Source: an uncultured Verrucomicrobiae bacterium (GTDB lineage Bacteria; Verrucomicrobiota; Verrucomicrobiia; Limisphaerales; Palsa-1400). From it: 64,000 bases of DNA. The position numbers and the translations under genes are program-made. Shown here piece after piece: positions 40,597-51,476 of the stretch. Each line of letters opens with the position of its first letter. Positions within the stretch are counted from its first letter, which is position 1. The notes beneath the pieces were generated by a model. That model did no database searches, was not told the origin of the DNA, and saw only the letters and a program-made list of their open reading frames with translations. The stretch spans positions 64,001-128,000 of the forward strand of contig CAVPOM010000012.1 in assembly GCA_963707025.1 (NCBI GenBank), in the 5' to 3' direction.

Positions 40597-42876
40597 ATGA
40601 AAACCCTGTCGAAAATAAGAGTGCGCGGCCCGCTGGCCGCCTGGTTGCTGGCCGGTCTTTGTTCCTGCGCCACGCCGCAGCATTGGCAGCCCGCCCAAGG
40701 CCATTTAATGACGCAGTGGGCCAAAGAGGTCTCACCGGCCAATGCGCTGACCGAATATCCGCGTCCCCAGATGAGGCGCAAAGAATGGCAGAATCTCAAT
40801 GGACTTTGGGAATACGGCCTCACGGCAGCCGCCGAGACGGCGCCGCCGACGAATTTTGACGCCAGGATTCTGGTGCCCTTCCCCTACGAATCGGCCTTGT
40901 CGGGCGTGGGCAAAGCCAGCATCCCCAACCAGCGCCTTTGGTATCGCCGCACTTTCACCCTGCCCGCCGGCGCGAAGAACCAGCGGGTGCTGCTCCATTG
41001 CGGCGCGGTCAATTGGGATGCGACGGTCCTGGTCAATGGCCATGCCGTCGGCGCTCATCGGGGCGGCTACGATGCTTTCGATTTTGACATCACCGACAGC
41101 CTCAAGCCGGGCGCGAACGAATTGATGGTGTCGGCCTGGAATCCGGTGCGCAGCGATGTGGCGGACGCCCAAGTGCTGGGCAAGCAGCGCCTGCGTCCCG
41201 GCGGCATCTTCTACACCGCCGTCTCGGGCATCTGGCAGACGGTGTGGTTGGAAAGCGTGCCCGCGGAACATATTTCCGCATTGAAAATCACGCCGGACAT
41301 TGACGGCCAGACCCTCCGCCTGACCGTCGAGGCAGGCGGCGCCTTCCCGGTCGCGGTGACGGCAAAAGAGGGCGGGAAGACGGTCGCCAGCGCCGTGGGA
41401 AGCACGGGCGCGGAGATCAAGCTGGCCATGCCCAATCCGCATCTCTGGTCGCCGGATGATCCTCACCTTTACCAATTGGCGGTGGAAACGATGACGCGCG
41501 GGAAGCAGGCGGACCATGTGGAAAGCTATTTCGCGATGCGCAAAATCAGCCTGGGCAAGGACGAGCAGGGGCGCACGCGCATATTCCTCAACAATAAATT
41601 TGTGCTGGAAACCGGCCCGTTGGATCAAGGCTACTGGCCCGACGGCATCTACACCGCGCCCACCGACCAGGCCCTGCGGTTCGACATTGAGATGACCAAG
41701 AAGTTTGGCTGGAACACCATTCGCAAGCACGCCAAGGTCGAACCCGCCCGCTGGTATTACTGGGCCGACCATCTGGGCGTGCTGGTCTGGCAGGACATGC
41801 CCCAGATGTTTGGCGGCCGCAACGGCGCCCTGACCGAGGAAGCCAAACAACAATTTGAAACCGAATGGCGCCGCATCATCGCCGAATTTTACAACTCCCC
41901 CTCCATCGTCATCTGGACCACTTTTAACGAGGGCTGGGGCCAGCATGACACCGAGAGCGTGGTGGCGCTGACCAAAGAGCTGGATCCCACCCGCCTGGTC
42001 AACAACGCCAGCGGCTGGACCGATAAAAAAGTGGGCGACCTCTACGACACCCACGCCTACCCCGGCCCCGGCGCCCGGCCCCCGGAGGAAAACCGCGCCG
42101 CCGTCAACGGCGAATTCGGCGGCGTGACCATGAGCGTGGAGGGCCATCGCTGGACCAAGAGCAGCACCTATGGTTATGGCAGCGTGCTCAACAGCAGTTG
42201 GCTGGCGACCAAGCATTACCAGGCGTTGCTGAAAAAGGCTTATGAGCTGAAGGACCAACTGGGCGTCAGCGCCTTCATCTACACGCAACTGACCGACGTG
42301 GAGCAGGAGATCAACGGCCTGCTGACCTATGATCGCGCCGTCGTCAAGCTGGATCAAAAGATTGTCACCGCCGCCAACCAGGGCCAGTTTCCACCCCTGC
42401 CGCCCAATCCCAATCCCGAGTGGCTGCCGACCTCCGCCGACGAGCCGGTCACCTGGAGCTACACCACCACTGAGCCGCCCGGCAACTGGTTCGCGCCGGA
42501 TTTCGACGCCGCGGCCTGGAACACCGGCCCGGCTGTCTTCGGCCGCAACCTGTCCGGCACGCGGACGCGGTGGACGACCGCGGACATCTGGATTCGGCGG
42601 GAATTCCAAGTGTCCGGAGAAATTCCGGCCCGGCTGAGCCTGCTGGTCAAGCACCATGCGGATGCGGAGATTTACCTCAACGGAATTCTTGCCGGCAAGG
42701 TGGCAGGATCTGCGGATGATTACACCACGGTTGCGCTGAGCGCGGAAGCGCAGGCCAGTCTTAAGCCGGGGCGCAATGTCATCGCGGCGCACTGCCATGG
42801 CACCGGTGGCGGCCAGGGCATTGATGTGGGCATCGTCAAAGCCGGACCGTCCCAAGGGCCGCCCCCGGCCAAGTGA
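40597..42876 (+). CDS. glycoside hydrolase family 2, secreted, with C-terminal carbohydrate-binding-like domain
   Basis: YPRPQM, NLNGLW, SGIWQTVWLE, LDQGYWPDG, FNEGWG, GEFGG, YTQLTDVEQE. Confidence 0.88.
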   Translation: MKTLSKIRVRGPLAAWLLAGLCSCATPQHWQPAQGHLMTQWAKEVSPANALTEYPRPQMRRKEWQNLNGLWEYGLTAAAETAPPTNFDARILVPFPYESALSGVGKASIPNQRLWYRRTFTLPAGAKNQRVLLHCGAVNWDATVLVNGHAVGAHRGGYDAFDFDITDSLKPGANELMVSAWNPVRSDVADAQVLGKQRLRPGGIFYTAVSGIWQTVWLESVPAEHISALKITPDIDGQTLRLTVEAGGAFPVAVTAKEGGKTVASAVGSTGAEIKLAMPNPHLWSPDDPHLYQLAVETMTRGKQADHVESYFAMRKISLGKDEQGRTRIFLNNKFVLETGPLDQGYWPDGIYTAPTDQALRFDIEMTKKFGWNTIRKHAKVEPARWYYWADHLGVLVWQDMPQMFGGRNGALTEEAKQQFETEWRRIIAEFYNSPSIVIWTTFNEGWGQHDTESVVALTKELDPTRLVNNASGWTDKKVGDLYDTHAYPGPGARPPEENRAAVNGEFGGVTMSVEGHRWTKSSTYGYGSVLNSSWLATKHYQALLKKAYELKDQLGVSAFIYTQLTDVEQEINGLLTYDRAVVKLDQKIVTAANQGQFPPLPPNPNPEWLPTSADEPVTWSYTTTEPPGNWFAPDFDAAAWNTGPAVFGRNLSGTRTRWTTADIWIRREFQVSGEIPARLSLLVKHHADAEIYLNGILAGKVAGSADDYTTVALSAEAQASLKPGRNVIAAHCHGTGGGQGIDVGIVKAGPSQGPPPAK

Positions 42877-43196
42877 ACTTTGGCGCGATGCAGTGCAGCG
42901 TCAAAAGAATCGGCGGCTCGGTCCCGCCGGGTGGCTGCACACCGTTGAGCATGGCCGGTTCGCCGCAGCTTGCAGAGCGCCGGTGAAAGCCAGTGGCCGG
43001 ACTTAGAGCGGTTTCACAAATACTGTAGCCGCATTACAAGGCAGGGTCCCGGCAGGCCGGGATTGCCCGCCGCGGCGCGCACGGAGTGCGCGCCCTACCA
43101 CCCTCATTTAGGGCTACACAATTTCTTAAACCGCCCTAAACCGGCGACCGACGCGCTTTGATTTGCGGCGGTCACAGACCTCCGCTACAACAGCGC

Positions 43197-44576
43197 TCAG
43201 AGGGACTGGATGGGAAGGAGGACGGTGAATTCCGAGCCTTCGCCAACTTTGCTGTTGACTGTGGCTTTGCCTTTGTGGGCTTCGATCACGGCCTTGACGA
43301 CGCTCAAACCCAATCCGAGGCCGCGCTGGGAACGGCTCTTGTCGCCGCGATAGAGGCGCTCCCAGATTTTGTCCTGCTCGTTCTCCGGGATGCCAATGCC
43401 GGTGTCGCGGAAACGGACGACGGCGTCCTCGGCGCGGCAAGCGGCGGAGATGGTGACGGCGCCTCCTTCCGGGGTGTATTTGAGGGCGTTGTCAAGCAGA
43501 TTGGCAAAGGCCTGGCGGATGCGGTTGGCGTCCACGCTGGCCTGGCAGGAGGGCGGCAGTTCGGCCACGACGCGGATTTTCTTTTCCTCGGCGACGTATT
43601 CGTAAATGTCAATGACTTCGCGGAGGAGGCGGCAGAGGTCCACCGGCTGGCGCTGGAGACGGAGGGTGCCGGCTTCGGCTTCGGCGATGTCCATGAGGGT
43701 GGTGACCATGCTGAGCACGCGCTCGGATTCCTCGACGCAGTCGGCCAGGGCCTCGCGGGTGGCGGCGGGATCGAGGTTTTGCTGGAGGGCGGTTTCGGCC
43801 GCGCCGCGCAGCCGGGTCAGCGGGGTGCGCAAATCGTGGGCCACGTTGTCCATGGAGTCGCGCATGGCGCGGATGAGGGCCTGGTTTTTGTCGAGCATGG
43901 TGTTGAAAAGGCGGACCAGCTCGTCCAGTTCGTCGCGGGAGGGGCGGGTGGGAACGCGGGCGTCCAAGTTGCCGGTGCGGATGATGTTGCGCGCGGTGGC
44001 GACGATCTGGCGCACGGGGAGCAGGGCGCGATGGGCGAAAAAGGCGCCGCAGACCAGGCCAATGAGGGCGATGGCCAGGCCGGTGGGCAGGGCCGTCTGC
44101 CGGAACGGCTCCCAGAGCATGTCGCGGTTGCTGGTAATGCGCCCGACGACCAGGGTGGCGCCGTCGGACATTTTCACCCCGGCCCAGGCGAAGTCTTTTT
44201 CGGAATTTTTCGGGCTGCGATTGATCTCGAATTGGTTCCAGACCTGTTCGAGGTGGAATCCGGCCCAGCCATTGGGAGCTTCCTGGAGGGAGAGGGAGAC
44301 CTGGGGTGAAATGAGTTTGACATAGAAGGATTTTTCATCAGCGGGATCGTTTTCCTGCTTGGCGCGGGCCTGCAAGGCCCCGGCCCCGCCGGCCTGATAG
44401 ACGGTGGCATATTCCTTGAGTTGGGCCAGAATAACTTCCCGGTCTTTGCGCTGGAAGGCGACGCCCACCAGATAATAGACGAGGGCCAGCAGGACGGCGG
44501 TGCTCAAGGCAAAAATCAAGGCATACCAGAGGCTGAGGCGGAAGGCGAAATTGCGCAGCAAGTTATTTAAGAACAT
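43197..44576 (-). CDS. HAMP-domain sensor histidine kinase
   Basis: two transmembrane helices, [23 protein letters not shown]. Confidence 0.92.
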   Translation of the reverse strand: MFLNNLLRNFAFRLSLWYALIFALSTAVLLALVYYLVGVAFQRKDREVILAQLKEYATVYQAGGAGALQARAKQENDPADEKSFYVKLISPQVSLSLQEAPNGWAGFHLEQVWNQFEINRSPKNSEKDFAWAGVKMSDGATLVVGRITSNRDMLWEPFRQTALPTGLAIALIGLVCGAFFAHRALLPVRQIVATARNIIRTGNLDARVPTRPSRDELDELVRLFNTMLDKNQALIRAMRDSMDNVAHDLRTPLTRLRGAAETALQQNLDPAATREALADCVEESERVLSMVTTLMDIAEAEAGTLRLQRQPVDLCRLLREVIDIYEYVAEEKKIRVVAELPPSCQASVDANRIRQAFANLLDNALKYTPEGGAVTISAACRAEDAVVRFRDTGIGIPENEQDKIWERLYRGDKSRSQRGLGLGLSVVKAVIEAHKGKATVNSKVGEGSEFTVLLPIQSL

Positions 44577-45240
44577 AGCCCACCCCGCGCATGGTTTGCA
44601 GCCGCGTCTTGTCCGGGTCCACTTTGGCCCGGAGCCGGTGCATGAGGACATCCACCACATTGGTCTGCGGATCAAAGCTGTAGTCAAAGATGTGCTCCAG
44701 GATCATGGTCTTGGTGACGGGACGGCCGGTGTGGCGCAGCAGGTATTCCAGGAGGGCGAATTCGCGGGCCTGCAGCTCAATCTTTTCGCCGCCGCGCCTG
44801 ACTTCGCGGGTGAAGAGGTCCATCTCCAAATCGCCGGCGCACAGGCGCCTCGGCTCGGCGGTTTGGGTGGCGCGGCGGATGAGCGCCTGGACGCGGGCCG
44901 ACAACTCGGAGAACGCAAAGGGCTTGGTCAAGTAATCATCGGCCCCGGCTTCCAGGCCTTTGACGCGGTCGTCCACCGCCGCCTTGGCGCTGAGAATGAT
45001 GACCGGGGTGCGGATTTTTTTGGCGCGGAGCCGTTGCACCAGGCTGAGGCCGTCGAGCTTGGGCAGCATGATGTCCACCACGGCGGCGTCGTAAGCCGTG
45101 GCTTCGGCAAAGACCAGGCCCTCTTCGCCGTCGGCGCAGCGGTCCACGGCGTAGCCGGCTTGTTTCAGCCCTTTGACGATGAAGGAAGCGATTTTGTTGT
45201 CGTCCTCAACGACCAGAATGCGCATGCCGTCGTCCATCAT
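44563..45240 (-). CDS. OmpR/CusR-family response regulator
   Basis: ILVVEDD, DIMLP, KPF, NVVDV, TMRGVGY. Confidence 0.93.
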   Translation of the reverse strand: MMDDGMRILVVEDDNKIASFIVKGLKQAGYAVDRCADGEEGLVFAEATAYDAAVVDIMLPKLDGLSLVQRLRAKKIRTPVIILSAKAAVDDRVKGLEAGADDYLTKPFAFSELSARVQALIRRATQTAEPRRLCAGDLEMDLFTREVRRGGEKIELQAREFALLEYLLRHTGRPVTKTMILEHIFDYSFDPQTNVVDVLMHRLRAKVDPDKTRLQTMRGVGYVLK

Positions 45241-45435
45241 AAATCAAAGCGGGTTGGGAGTCGAGAGGGGGAATTACTGATTGCGGATGGCGGGGGAGGC
45301 GGAGAGGAGGAGATTAGGATTAAGATTAAGATTAAGATTCAGAACGGTTTCCCCTGGCCGGGTTGGGAAAAAAGGCCCTCCCGGCTTCGCGGGAGCGAAA
45401 ACGGGAGGGTGCGTCACGTCAGGGAGCCGGCAGGA

Positions 45436-46944
45436 TCAGCCTGCTTTGCTTTCATCCACCACCAGATAATGGCTGCCGTTATTGCTCCAGACATGGAGGA
45501 GCGTGATCTTGTCCTTGACGCTTGAGGTCAGTCGAACGGCGTCGTCGGCGGATCGGACGGCGTGCTTGTTGATCTCCAGGATGACATCGCCCTCCTTCAA
45601 TCCGGCGTCCGCGGCCGCGGAGGCCGAATCCACCTGGGTGACGACCGCGCCCTGGATTCTGGGAGGCACGGAGTATTGCTGGCGGGTCTGCGCATTCAAG
45701 TCCGTCACGGCCACCCCGTTGAGGGTGTCGTTGGAATCCGACGCGCTGGAACCATTTTTAGCCAGTTGCGCCTCGCCGGGCACTTCCTTGACCTGGATGT
45801 CCACGGTCCTGGCCGCGCCCTCACGCCAGATGCGCACGGGGACTTTTTCGCCGGGCGCCACGTCCGCCACTTCCATCTGGAGGCGGCGGCCGTCGGCAAT
45901 GGGCTTGCTGTTGAACTGGAGGATGACGTCCCCGGTCTTCAAGCCGGCCTTGGCCGCCGGACTGTTGGGCACCACTTCATCAACCAGCGCGCCCTTGTCG
46001 GTCTTCAGATCGAACTCCTTGGCCAGGGCGGCGGTGAGGGGCTGGACGCCGACACCGATAAAGCCGCGGGTAACCTTGCCGTCCTTGACCAGGCTGACCA
46101 TGACCTCGCGGGCCAGGTCGGTGGGAATGGCCAGGCCAATGCCTTCGTTGCCGCCGCTGCGGCTGTAAATGGCGGTGTTGACGCCGATCAACCGGCCATC
46201 GGTGTCCACCAACGCCCCGCCGGAATTGCCGGGATTAATGGCCGCGTCGGTCTGAATGAAGTCCTGATACTTGAGGTCCAAGGCCACCCGCCCGGTGGCG
46301 CTGATGATGCCCATGGTCACGGTTTGCGCCAGGCCAAAGGGATTGCCCACGGCCAGCACCACGTCGCCCACCTCAATTTTGGAACTGTCCGCCAAGGTAA
46401 TGGCGGGAAGGTCGTGGGCGTCAATTTTGACCACGGCGACATCGGATTCCTTGTCCTTGCCGATGACTTTGGCGGTGAATTCGCGGCCATCCTGCAAGGT
46501 GATTTTCACCTTGTCGGCATCGTCCACCACATGATTGTTGGTGAGAATATAGCCGTCCTTGGTCACGATCACACCGGAGCCCAGTCCGTGTTCGGGCGGG
46601 GTGAGGATCCTTTGCCGTCCGCCTCCGAATTGGTTGCCAAAGAACTGGCGGAAAAACGGATCCATCTGACTGCCGGGCACCTCCACCGAGGATTCCTTGG
46701 CGGCGGTGGTGACCTCGACTTTGACCACGCTGGGCATGACTTTTTTGACAACTTCCGCGTAACTGACGCCCGATTTGGCGTCGCGCGCCAGCGGGTGGTC
46801 ATCTATCACCAGTCCCATGGACTTGGCTTTGGCCGGGGTTTGATCACTGGCGTGGGCGGTGAGAATCACGCTCACACCCGCGGCCAGCAGCAGGCCGCCG
46901 GTGAGGAGGGCGGCCGCGATTTTTGGAGTTCGAATCTTCATCAT
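45436..46944 (-). CDS. degP: HtrA/DegP (protease Do) serine endoprotease with two PDZ domains
   Basis: GLGSGVI, TNNHVV, GNPFGL, QTDAAINPGNSGG. Confidence 0.92.
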   Translation of the reverse strand: MMKIRTPKIAAALLTGGLLLAAGVSVILTAHASDQTPAKAKSMGLVIDDHPLARDAKSGVSYAEVVKKVMPSVVKVEVTTAAKESSVEVPGSQMDPFFRQFFGNQFGGGRQRILTPPEHGLGSGVIVTKDGYILTNNHVVDDADKVKITLQDGREFTAKVIGKDKESDVAVVKIDAHDLPAITLADSSKIEVGDVVLAVGNPFGLAQTVTMGIISATGRVALDLKYQDFIQTDAAINPGNSGGALVDTDGRLIGVNTAIYSRSGGNEGIGLAIPTDLAREVMVSLVKDGKVTRGFIGVGVQPLTAALAKEFDLKTDKGALVDEVVPNSPAAKAGLKTGDVILQFNSKPIADGRRLQMEVADVAPGEKVPVRIWREGAARTVDIQVKEVPGEAQLAKNGSSASDSNDTLNGVAVTDLNAQTRQQYSVPPRIQGAVVTQVDSASAAADAGLKEGDVILEINKHAVRSADDAVRLTSSVKDKITLLHVWSNNGSHYLVVDESKAG

Positions 46945-47031
46945 AATTGTCTTTTCGTTAAATGTTTCTGCAAACCGGCATCCGGTTGATGGAACAAGAG
47001 TGCCACAGCGAACTAACGGGAAACTTTCCCG

Positions 47032-47053
47032 AACATTACAAATTGGCAATGTT
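47032..47053. promoter_or_regulatory. imperfect palindrome upstream of degP-RR-HK, putative response regulator box
   Basis: AACATTAC-AAATTG-GCAATGTT. Confidence 0.4.
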
Positions 47054-47153
47054 AATTCCCCGGCGAGTTGGTGAGAGGGAAAGAGACTTGTGGCGCCGGC
47101 GCGGTGCGCCGATGTCGGGCCACAGGCTCGACGCTACAGCAATTAGCCCCAAG

Positions 47154-48428
47154 TCATCTCTGCGGTGACTCGGCGAGGATGGAAAGGGCGCGGAGGAGTT
47201 GTGGGTCGCCGCAGGTCTGCAGGCTGGCCGGGGTGAGGTTGGTCTCCAGGGCGGGAACGAGCGGCAGGGTGTTGTTGGGCAGCGCCACCGCGGCGTCGGG
47301 CTGGAGGCCCCTGTGCCAGAAGGAACGGCCGCCGGGAGTGAGCCATTCCCCGACGGCCAGCATCAGGGCCGAACCGTCCGACAACTGGAATTGGGCCAGA
47401 ACGGTTCCGGTGCCAAAGGTGGTCTGTCCAACCAGGACGGCCCGGTGCGCGTCGCGCAAGGCCCCGGCCACGATTTCCGAGGCGCTGGCGGTGCCGCCGT
47501 TGACCAGGACGACCAGGGACATGTTGGTGGCCACGCCGCCCGGCTTGACCGGTTCGGGGGTGATCTTTCCAGCGGCGTTTTTTGACAAATAGACGTTGCC
47601 GCCGGAAAGGAATTCGCTGGCCACCGCCACCGCCTCGTCCACCACCCCTCCCGGATCATTGCGCAAATCCAGGATGACGCTGGTCAGGCCCTGGCGCTGG
47701 ATTTGGAGCAAAGCGCCGTGGAAATCACGGGCCACGCCCTCGCTGAACAGGGCCACCCGCAGGTGCGCCACCTGGCCCCCAGGCAAGGCCTGCCAGGTCA
47801 CGTTGGGGATTTTGATGGAGGCGCGGACGATGTTGAATTCCTTGCGCCGCCCGTCGCCGGGGTCGAGCACGCCGAGCCGGACCGCGGCCCCGGCCGGCCC
47901 GGTGATAAGGTCATCCAGCTCGCTCAAGGGCAAGCCGGCGACGGAGCGGCCGTCCACTTCCAGAATGATGTCGCCCGCGCGCACCCCGGCGCGCCAGGCC
48001 GGGGAGCCGTCCAGCGCGGCGACGATGACGGCGCGGCGCTCCTGGGTTTTGATTTCGACGCCGATGCCGGTGAAATGGGAGCGCATGGCGGCGCTGGCAT
48101 GGCGGCGCATTTCCGGGTTGAGAAAGACGGTGTGGCCGGAGTCGCCCAGGGAATCGGTCATGCCGGCAATGGCGGCATGGGTGAGAACAGAAGATTGCAG
48201 GGAAGCGCGGTCCACGTAATCCTGGTGGATGATGTTCCAGGCCTGGGCCATGAGTTGGAAATTGTTTTCCGCGCCGCGAGGCATTCCGGTCAGGAACACC
48301 CACCGGTCGTAGAGAACCCCGGCGCAAACGGCCAGGACCAGGCTCAAGGCCCAGAGATAGGGGCGGCGGGGCGGCCGCCATGACCACAGCGACAATTTGT
48401 CTTGACTCTCACCATTCATACGAAGCAA
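47154..48428 (-). CDS. S41-family carboxyl-terminal processing protease
   Basis: GIGVEI PDZ, LDLRNDPGG, TASASEIVAG; has TFGTG where TFGKG is usual. Confidence 0.88.
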   Translation of the reverse strand: MLRMNGESQDKLSLWSWRPPRRPYLWALSLVLAVCAGVLYDRWVFLTGMPRGAENNFQLMAQAWNIIHQDYVDRASLQSSVLTHAAIAGMTDSLGDSGHTVFLNPEMRRHASAAMRSHFTGIGVEIKTQERRAVIVAALDGSPAWRAGVRAGDIILEVDGRSVAGLPLSELDDLITGPAGAAVRLGVLDPGDGRRKEFNIVRASIKIPNVTWQALPGGQVAHLRVALFSEGVARDFHGALLQIQRQGLTSVILDLRNDPGGVVDEAVAVASEFLSGGNVYLSKNAAGKITPEPVKPGGVATNMSLVVLVNGGTASASEIVAGALRDAHRAVLVGQTTFGTGTVLAQFQLSDGSALMLAVGEWLTPGGRSFWHRGLQPDAAVALPNNTLPLVPALETNLTPASLQTCGDPQLLRALSILAESPQR

Positions 48429-48657
48429 AGCCGGCCAAGCATGACCCGGACCCCCGCCCCGCGCCAGCGCTTTTTGCCGCGATCAATGCGATGGGGCGCA
48501 ACTGGACACCGGCGCCATAATTCAGACCGGGGGCAAGGATGCCCCCGGGACCGCCAGGCTGGAAGCCTGCCCTGCGGGGCGGGCGTCGAGTTGCGCCCAA
48601 TGCGATCATTCCTTGATTTGCTTGATGGGCGCGGCCCGCTCCCGTTATGATCGCGCG

Positions 48658-49695
48658 ATGCGGAAACCGGCTTTTATCCTGCCTGGCGCGCTCGTCATGC
48701 TGGCGCAGATGGGCGGTCACACTCTCGCGCCTGCCGCCGACACCCCGCCGCCACAGGCCTACACCCGCGTGGCCAATCCGGACACCAATACCGTCCAATT
48801 GCAAATCGCCCTGCGCAAGTTTGTCCCGGAGCCGAAGGCCGGCCCGGCCATCTGGCTGGCCGGGGTCATGCATGTGGGGGAACCGGAGTATTACCACGCG
48901 CTGCAACATTTTCTCGACGCCCAGACGGTCGTCCTCTACGAAGGGATCAATCCGGACGCCCACCCGCATCATGTTCACGATGCCGCCAACGCGGCTGCCA
49001 CCAATGAGGCCGTGCCCGCAGCGCCGCCCACGGACACCAACGCCGGTTATTCGATGCAATCCGCCTTCGCCCGTTGCCTCGGCCTGGTCTTTCAACTGGA
49101 GGCGATAGACTACGACCGCACCAATTTCTTGAACAGCGATCTTTCGATTCTTCAACTCCAGCGCATCATGGCCGAGGGACGGCCGGGCGCCGGGCCGGGT
49201 GAGGAAGGCGGGACCAACGTCTCTTTCGATGTTCTCCTGCGCATCATGGACGGCAGTTCGTTTCTTGGCTCGCTCTTCAAAATCGGGATGCAAGTGATTG
49301 CCAGCAGTCCCGAGTTGCAGGCGGTGGCCAAGCTGACCATGATCGAAGCGGTCGGGCGGCTCAAGGGCGATTTGTCAGATGTGCAAGGCTTGCCGCCGGA
49401 TTGGAAACACCTGATCCAGGTCCTCATCCACGCGCGCAACGAGCATCTCCTGGGCGACCTGAAGGCGGAACTGAAAAGAATCCCCCCCACCGGCTCGATC
49501 GCGGTGTTTTATGGCGCCGGGCACATGGACGACCTGGAAAAACGCATCACGGGCGATCTTCATTATCGCCCCGCCGACGAGATCTGGCTCTGCGCCTTTT
49601 CCGTGGATATGCGCAAAAGCGGGCTTTCTCCCGTGGCCGCGCAATGGATGCGCAGCCTGATCGAGGGAGAGATGGACCAGATGCAGCAGCACTGA
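48658..49695 (+). CDS. secreted hypothetical protein, TraB/GumN-like
   Basis: GVMHVG, VLYEG, ARN, FYGAGHM. Confidence 0.6.
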   Translation: MRKPAFILPGALVMLAQMGGHTLAPAADTPPPQAYTRVANPDTNTVQLQIALRKFVPEPKAGPAIWLAGVMHVGEPEYYHALQHFLDAQTVVLYEGINPDAHPHHVHDAANAAATNEAVPAAPPTDTNAGYSMQSAFARCLGLVFQLEAIDYDRTNFLNSDLSILQLQRIMAEGRPGAGPGEEGGTNVSFDVLLRIMDGSSFLGSLFKIGMQVIASSPELQAVAKLTMIEAVGRLKGDLSDVQGLPPDWKHLIQVLIHARNEHLLGDLKAELKRIPPTGSIAVFYGAGHMDDLEKRITGDLHYRPADEIWLCAFSVDMRKSGLSPVAAQWMRSLIEGEMDQMQQH

Positions 49696-49726
49696 ACGGG
49701 GCCGGCGCGGCAGGGAAGCCAATTCT

Positions 49727-49754
49727 TTGCGAAAATTTATTTTCGCGCTATATT
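49727..49754 (+). promoter_or_regulatory. putative sigma70 promoter with an overlapping perfect palindrome, directly before UBact
   Basis: TTGCGA-16-TATATT, 6 nt before the ATG; GCGAAAAT-TT-ATTTTCGC at 49729-49746. Confidence 0.5.
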
Positions 49755-49760
49755 ACCCCC

Positions 49761-49931
49761 ATGCCTGACCAAGCTCAGAAGAACCGGCCGGTCGCTCCGG
49801 GCAGCGGGGGCGGCGGCGACGGACCCAGCGCGCCCAAAGTGGAGAAGCCGAACACGGAGGAATTGCTCAAACGCATGCGCAAGGTTGATCCCGACCAGGC
49901 CAAGCGGTACCGCCAACGCACGGGTCAATGA
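49761..49931 (+). CDS. ubact: ubiquitin-like protein UBact
   Basis: 56 aa ending LLKRMRKVDPDQAKRYRQRTGQ (R[ST]G[EQ] terminus), directly before the proteasome beta gene. Confidence 0.9.
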   Translation: MPDQAQKNRPVAPGSGGGGDGPSAPKVEKPNTEELLKRMRKVDPDQAKRYRQRTGQ

Positions 49932-50698
49932 GCGACACCAAAATTGCCGGCGACTTCCTTTCCCTCCTGGCGGAGCAGAAGCTGTTGCCGGCCGAGGCGG
50001 CCCCGGCCCGCGGCGCGCCCGTGGAAACCCAGGCCACCACCGTCTTCGCCTTCCATTACGCCGGGGGCGTGCTCATGGCCGGGGACCGCCGGGCCACGGC
50101 GGGCAATGTCATCGTGACCGACCGGGTGGAAAAAATCATCGAAGTGGACTCAACGTCCCTCCTAGCGGTGGCGGGCGTGCCCGCGACGGCGTTTGAAATG
50201 GCGCGGGTGCTGCAAACCTCCTTTGAGTATTACCGGCGCAGCCAGTTGCAGCCGCTGAGCTTGCCGGCGCGGGTGCGCGCCCTGGCCCGCTTGTTGCGGG
50301 ACAATCTGCCGATGACCTTGCAAGGGATCGGGGTGGTCGTGCCCCTGTTCGCCGGGGTGGATCACGGCGTTGCGCCGCCCCAGCCGCGCATTTATTTTTA
50401 CGATCCGCTCGGGGCGCAATTCCAGGCCGTGGGCTATGCGGCCTCCGGCTCCGGCGCGGGCACCATCCGCAGCATCTTGAGCTTCCAGGAACGGCACGCC
50501 AGCGCCAAGCCCTCCCAAATGAATTTGCCGGACGCGGTGCGGTTTGCCCTCTCCCTCCTGATGACGGCGTCGGAATTCGATTCCGCCACCGGCGGGGTCA
50601 ACCCGGCCACCGAGACCTTCGCCACCATCAAAGTGCTCAAACCTTCCGGTGTGGAAACCGTCACCGACCAGCAACAAAAGGAGTTTTTGCATGACTGA
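49928..50698 (+). CDS. prcB: 20S proteasome beta subunit
   Basis: propeptide then QA|TTVFAF, AGDRRATAG, SGSG, DSATGG. Confidence 0.9.
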   Translation: MSDTKIAGDFLSLLAEQKLLPAEAAPARGAPVETQATTVFAFHYAGGVLMAGDRRATAGNVIVTDRVEKIIEVDSTSLLAVAGVPATAFEMARVLQTSFEYYRRSQLQPLSLPARVRALARLLRDNLPMTLQGIGVVVPLFAGVDHGVAPPQPRIYFYDPLGAQFQAVGYAASGSGAGTIRSILSFQERHASAKPSQMNLPDAVRFALSLLMTASEFDSATGGVNPATETFATIKVLKPSGVETVTDQQQKEFLHD

Positions 50699-51431
50699 GG
50701 AACCCTACCGCTGGCTGGAGGCGATGGCCAACCGCCGCGAATACGTGCGCGACCAGCTCAAGGGCGGTTCGCCCGTCTTTGCCGTCAGTTTGCCGGACGG
50801 AATTCTCTTGCTCGGCGTGGGCGGCGGCCAGTCCAAGGTTTTTGAACTGTTCGACCGTCACGCCCTGGCCGGGCTGGGGCATCCGGCCGACATCGAAAAA
50901 GTCCGGCAGGCCGCGATAGATGCCGCCCATTTGGAAGCTTTTACGCGCGCGGCGGAAGACGTCAGTCTGCGGCGGCTGATCGGTTTCGGGCTAAGCCCGC
51001 AATTGAAGACGCAGTTTGACCAGATCTTCAGCGCCCCCTTTTTGGTGGAATTGCTCCTGGCCGAATTGGGCGCCGAGCCGGGGCAGGATTTGCTGTTCCG
51101 ATTGCACTTCGACGGCGCTTTTCAAGTCCAGTCCGGCGGGGCGGTCATGGCCGCCAGCCAGCCGGAGGCGGAGTCGGCGGGACAAAGCTGGTTGAACGAA
51201 ACGCTGCGGGAGGAGACCCGGCGGCCGGAAACCGCGGACCTGCTTTTGCAGGCGTGGTGGTGCCAGGTGCAAAACAAATGGCTGGCCGAATCTGTCCCCG
51301 ACGCGGCCCAGCGCCAGGCCGGCTGGCGCGAGGCGGTCCGGGGCAAGACGGTTGAAATCGGCTGGCTGGCGCGCCACGGCCCCCGCCCCGCCCGCTACCA
51401 GCCCCTGACCCTGTCCGATCTGGGCCTGTGA
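50691..51431 (+). CDS. prcA: 20S proteasome alpha subunit
   Basis: EEPYRW..AMANRREY, GSPV, SKVFELFDR; located between prcB and pafA. Confidence 0.8.
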   Translation: MTEEPYRWLEAMANRREYVRDQLKGGSPVFAVSLPDGILLLGVGGGQSKVFELFDRHALAGLGHPADIEKVRQAAIDAAHLEAFTRAAEDVSLRRLIGFGLSPQLKTQFDQIFSAPFLVELLLAELGAEPGQDLLFRLHFDGAFQVQSGGAVMAASQPEAESAGQSWLNETLREETRRPETADLLLQAWWCQVQNKWLAESVPDAAQRQAGWREAVRGKTVEIGWLARHGPRPARYQPLTLSDLGL

Positions 51432-51476
51432 GCGCGTCCATCCGCAATCCGCAATCCGTAATCCGCAATTCCCAAA

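Noticed and set aside
49401..49760. 176-aa extended UBact ORF
   Set aside because: The extension overlaps the upstream gene; the 56-aa form fits UBact size and the promoter position
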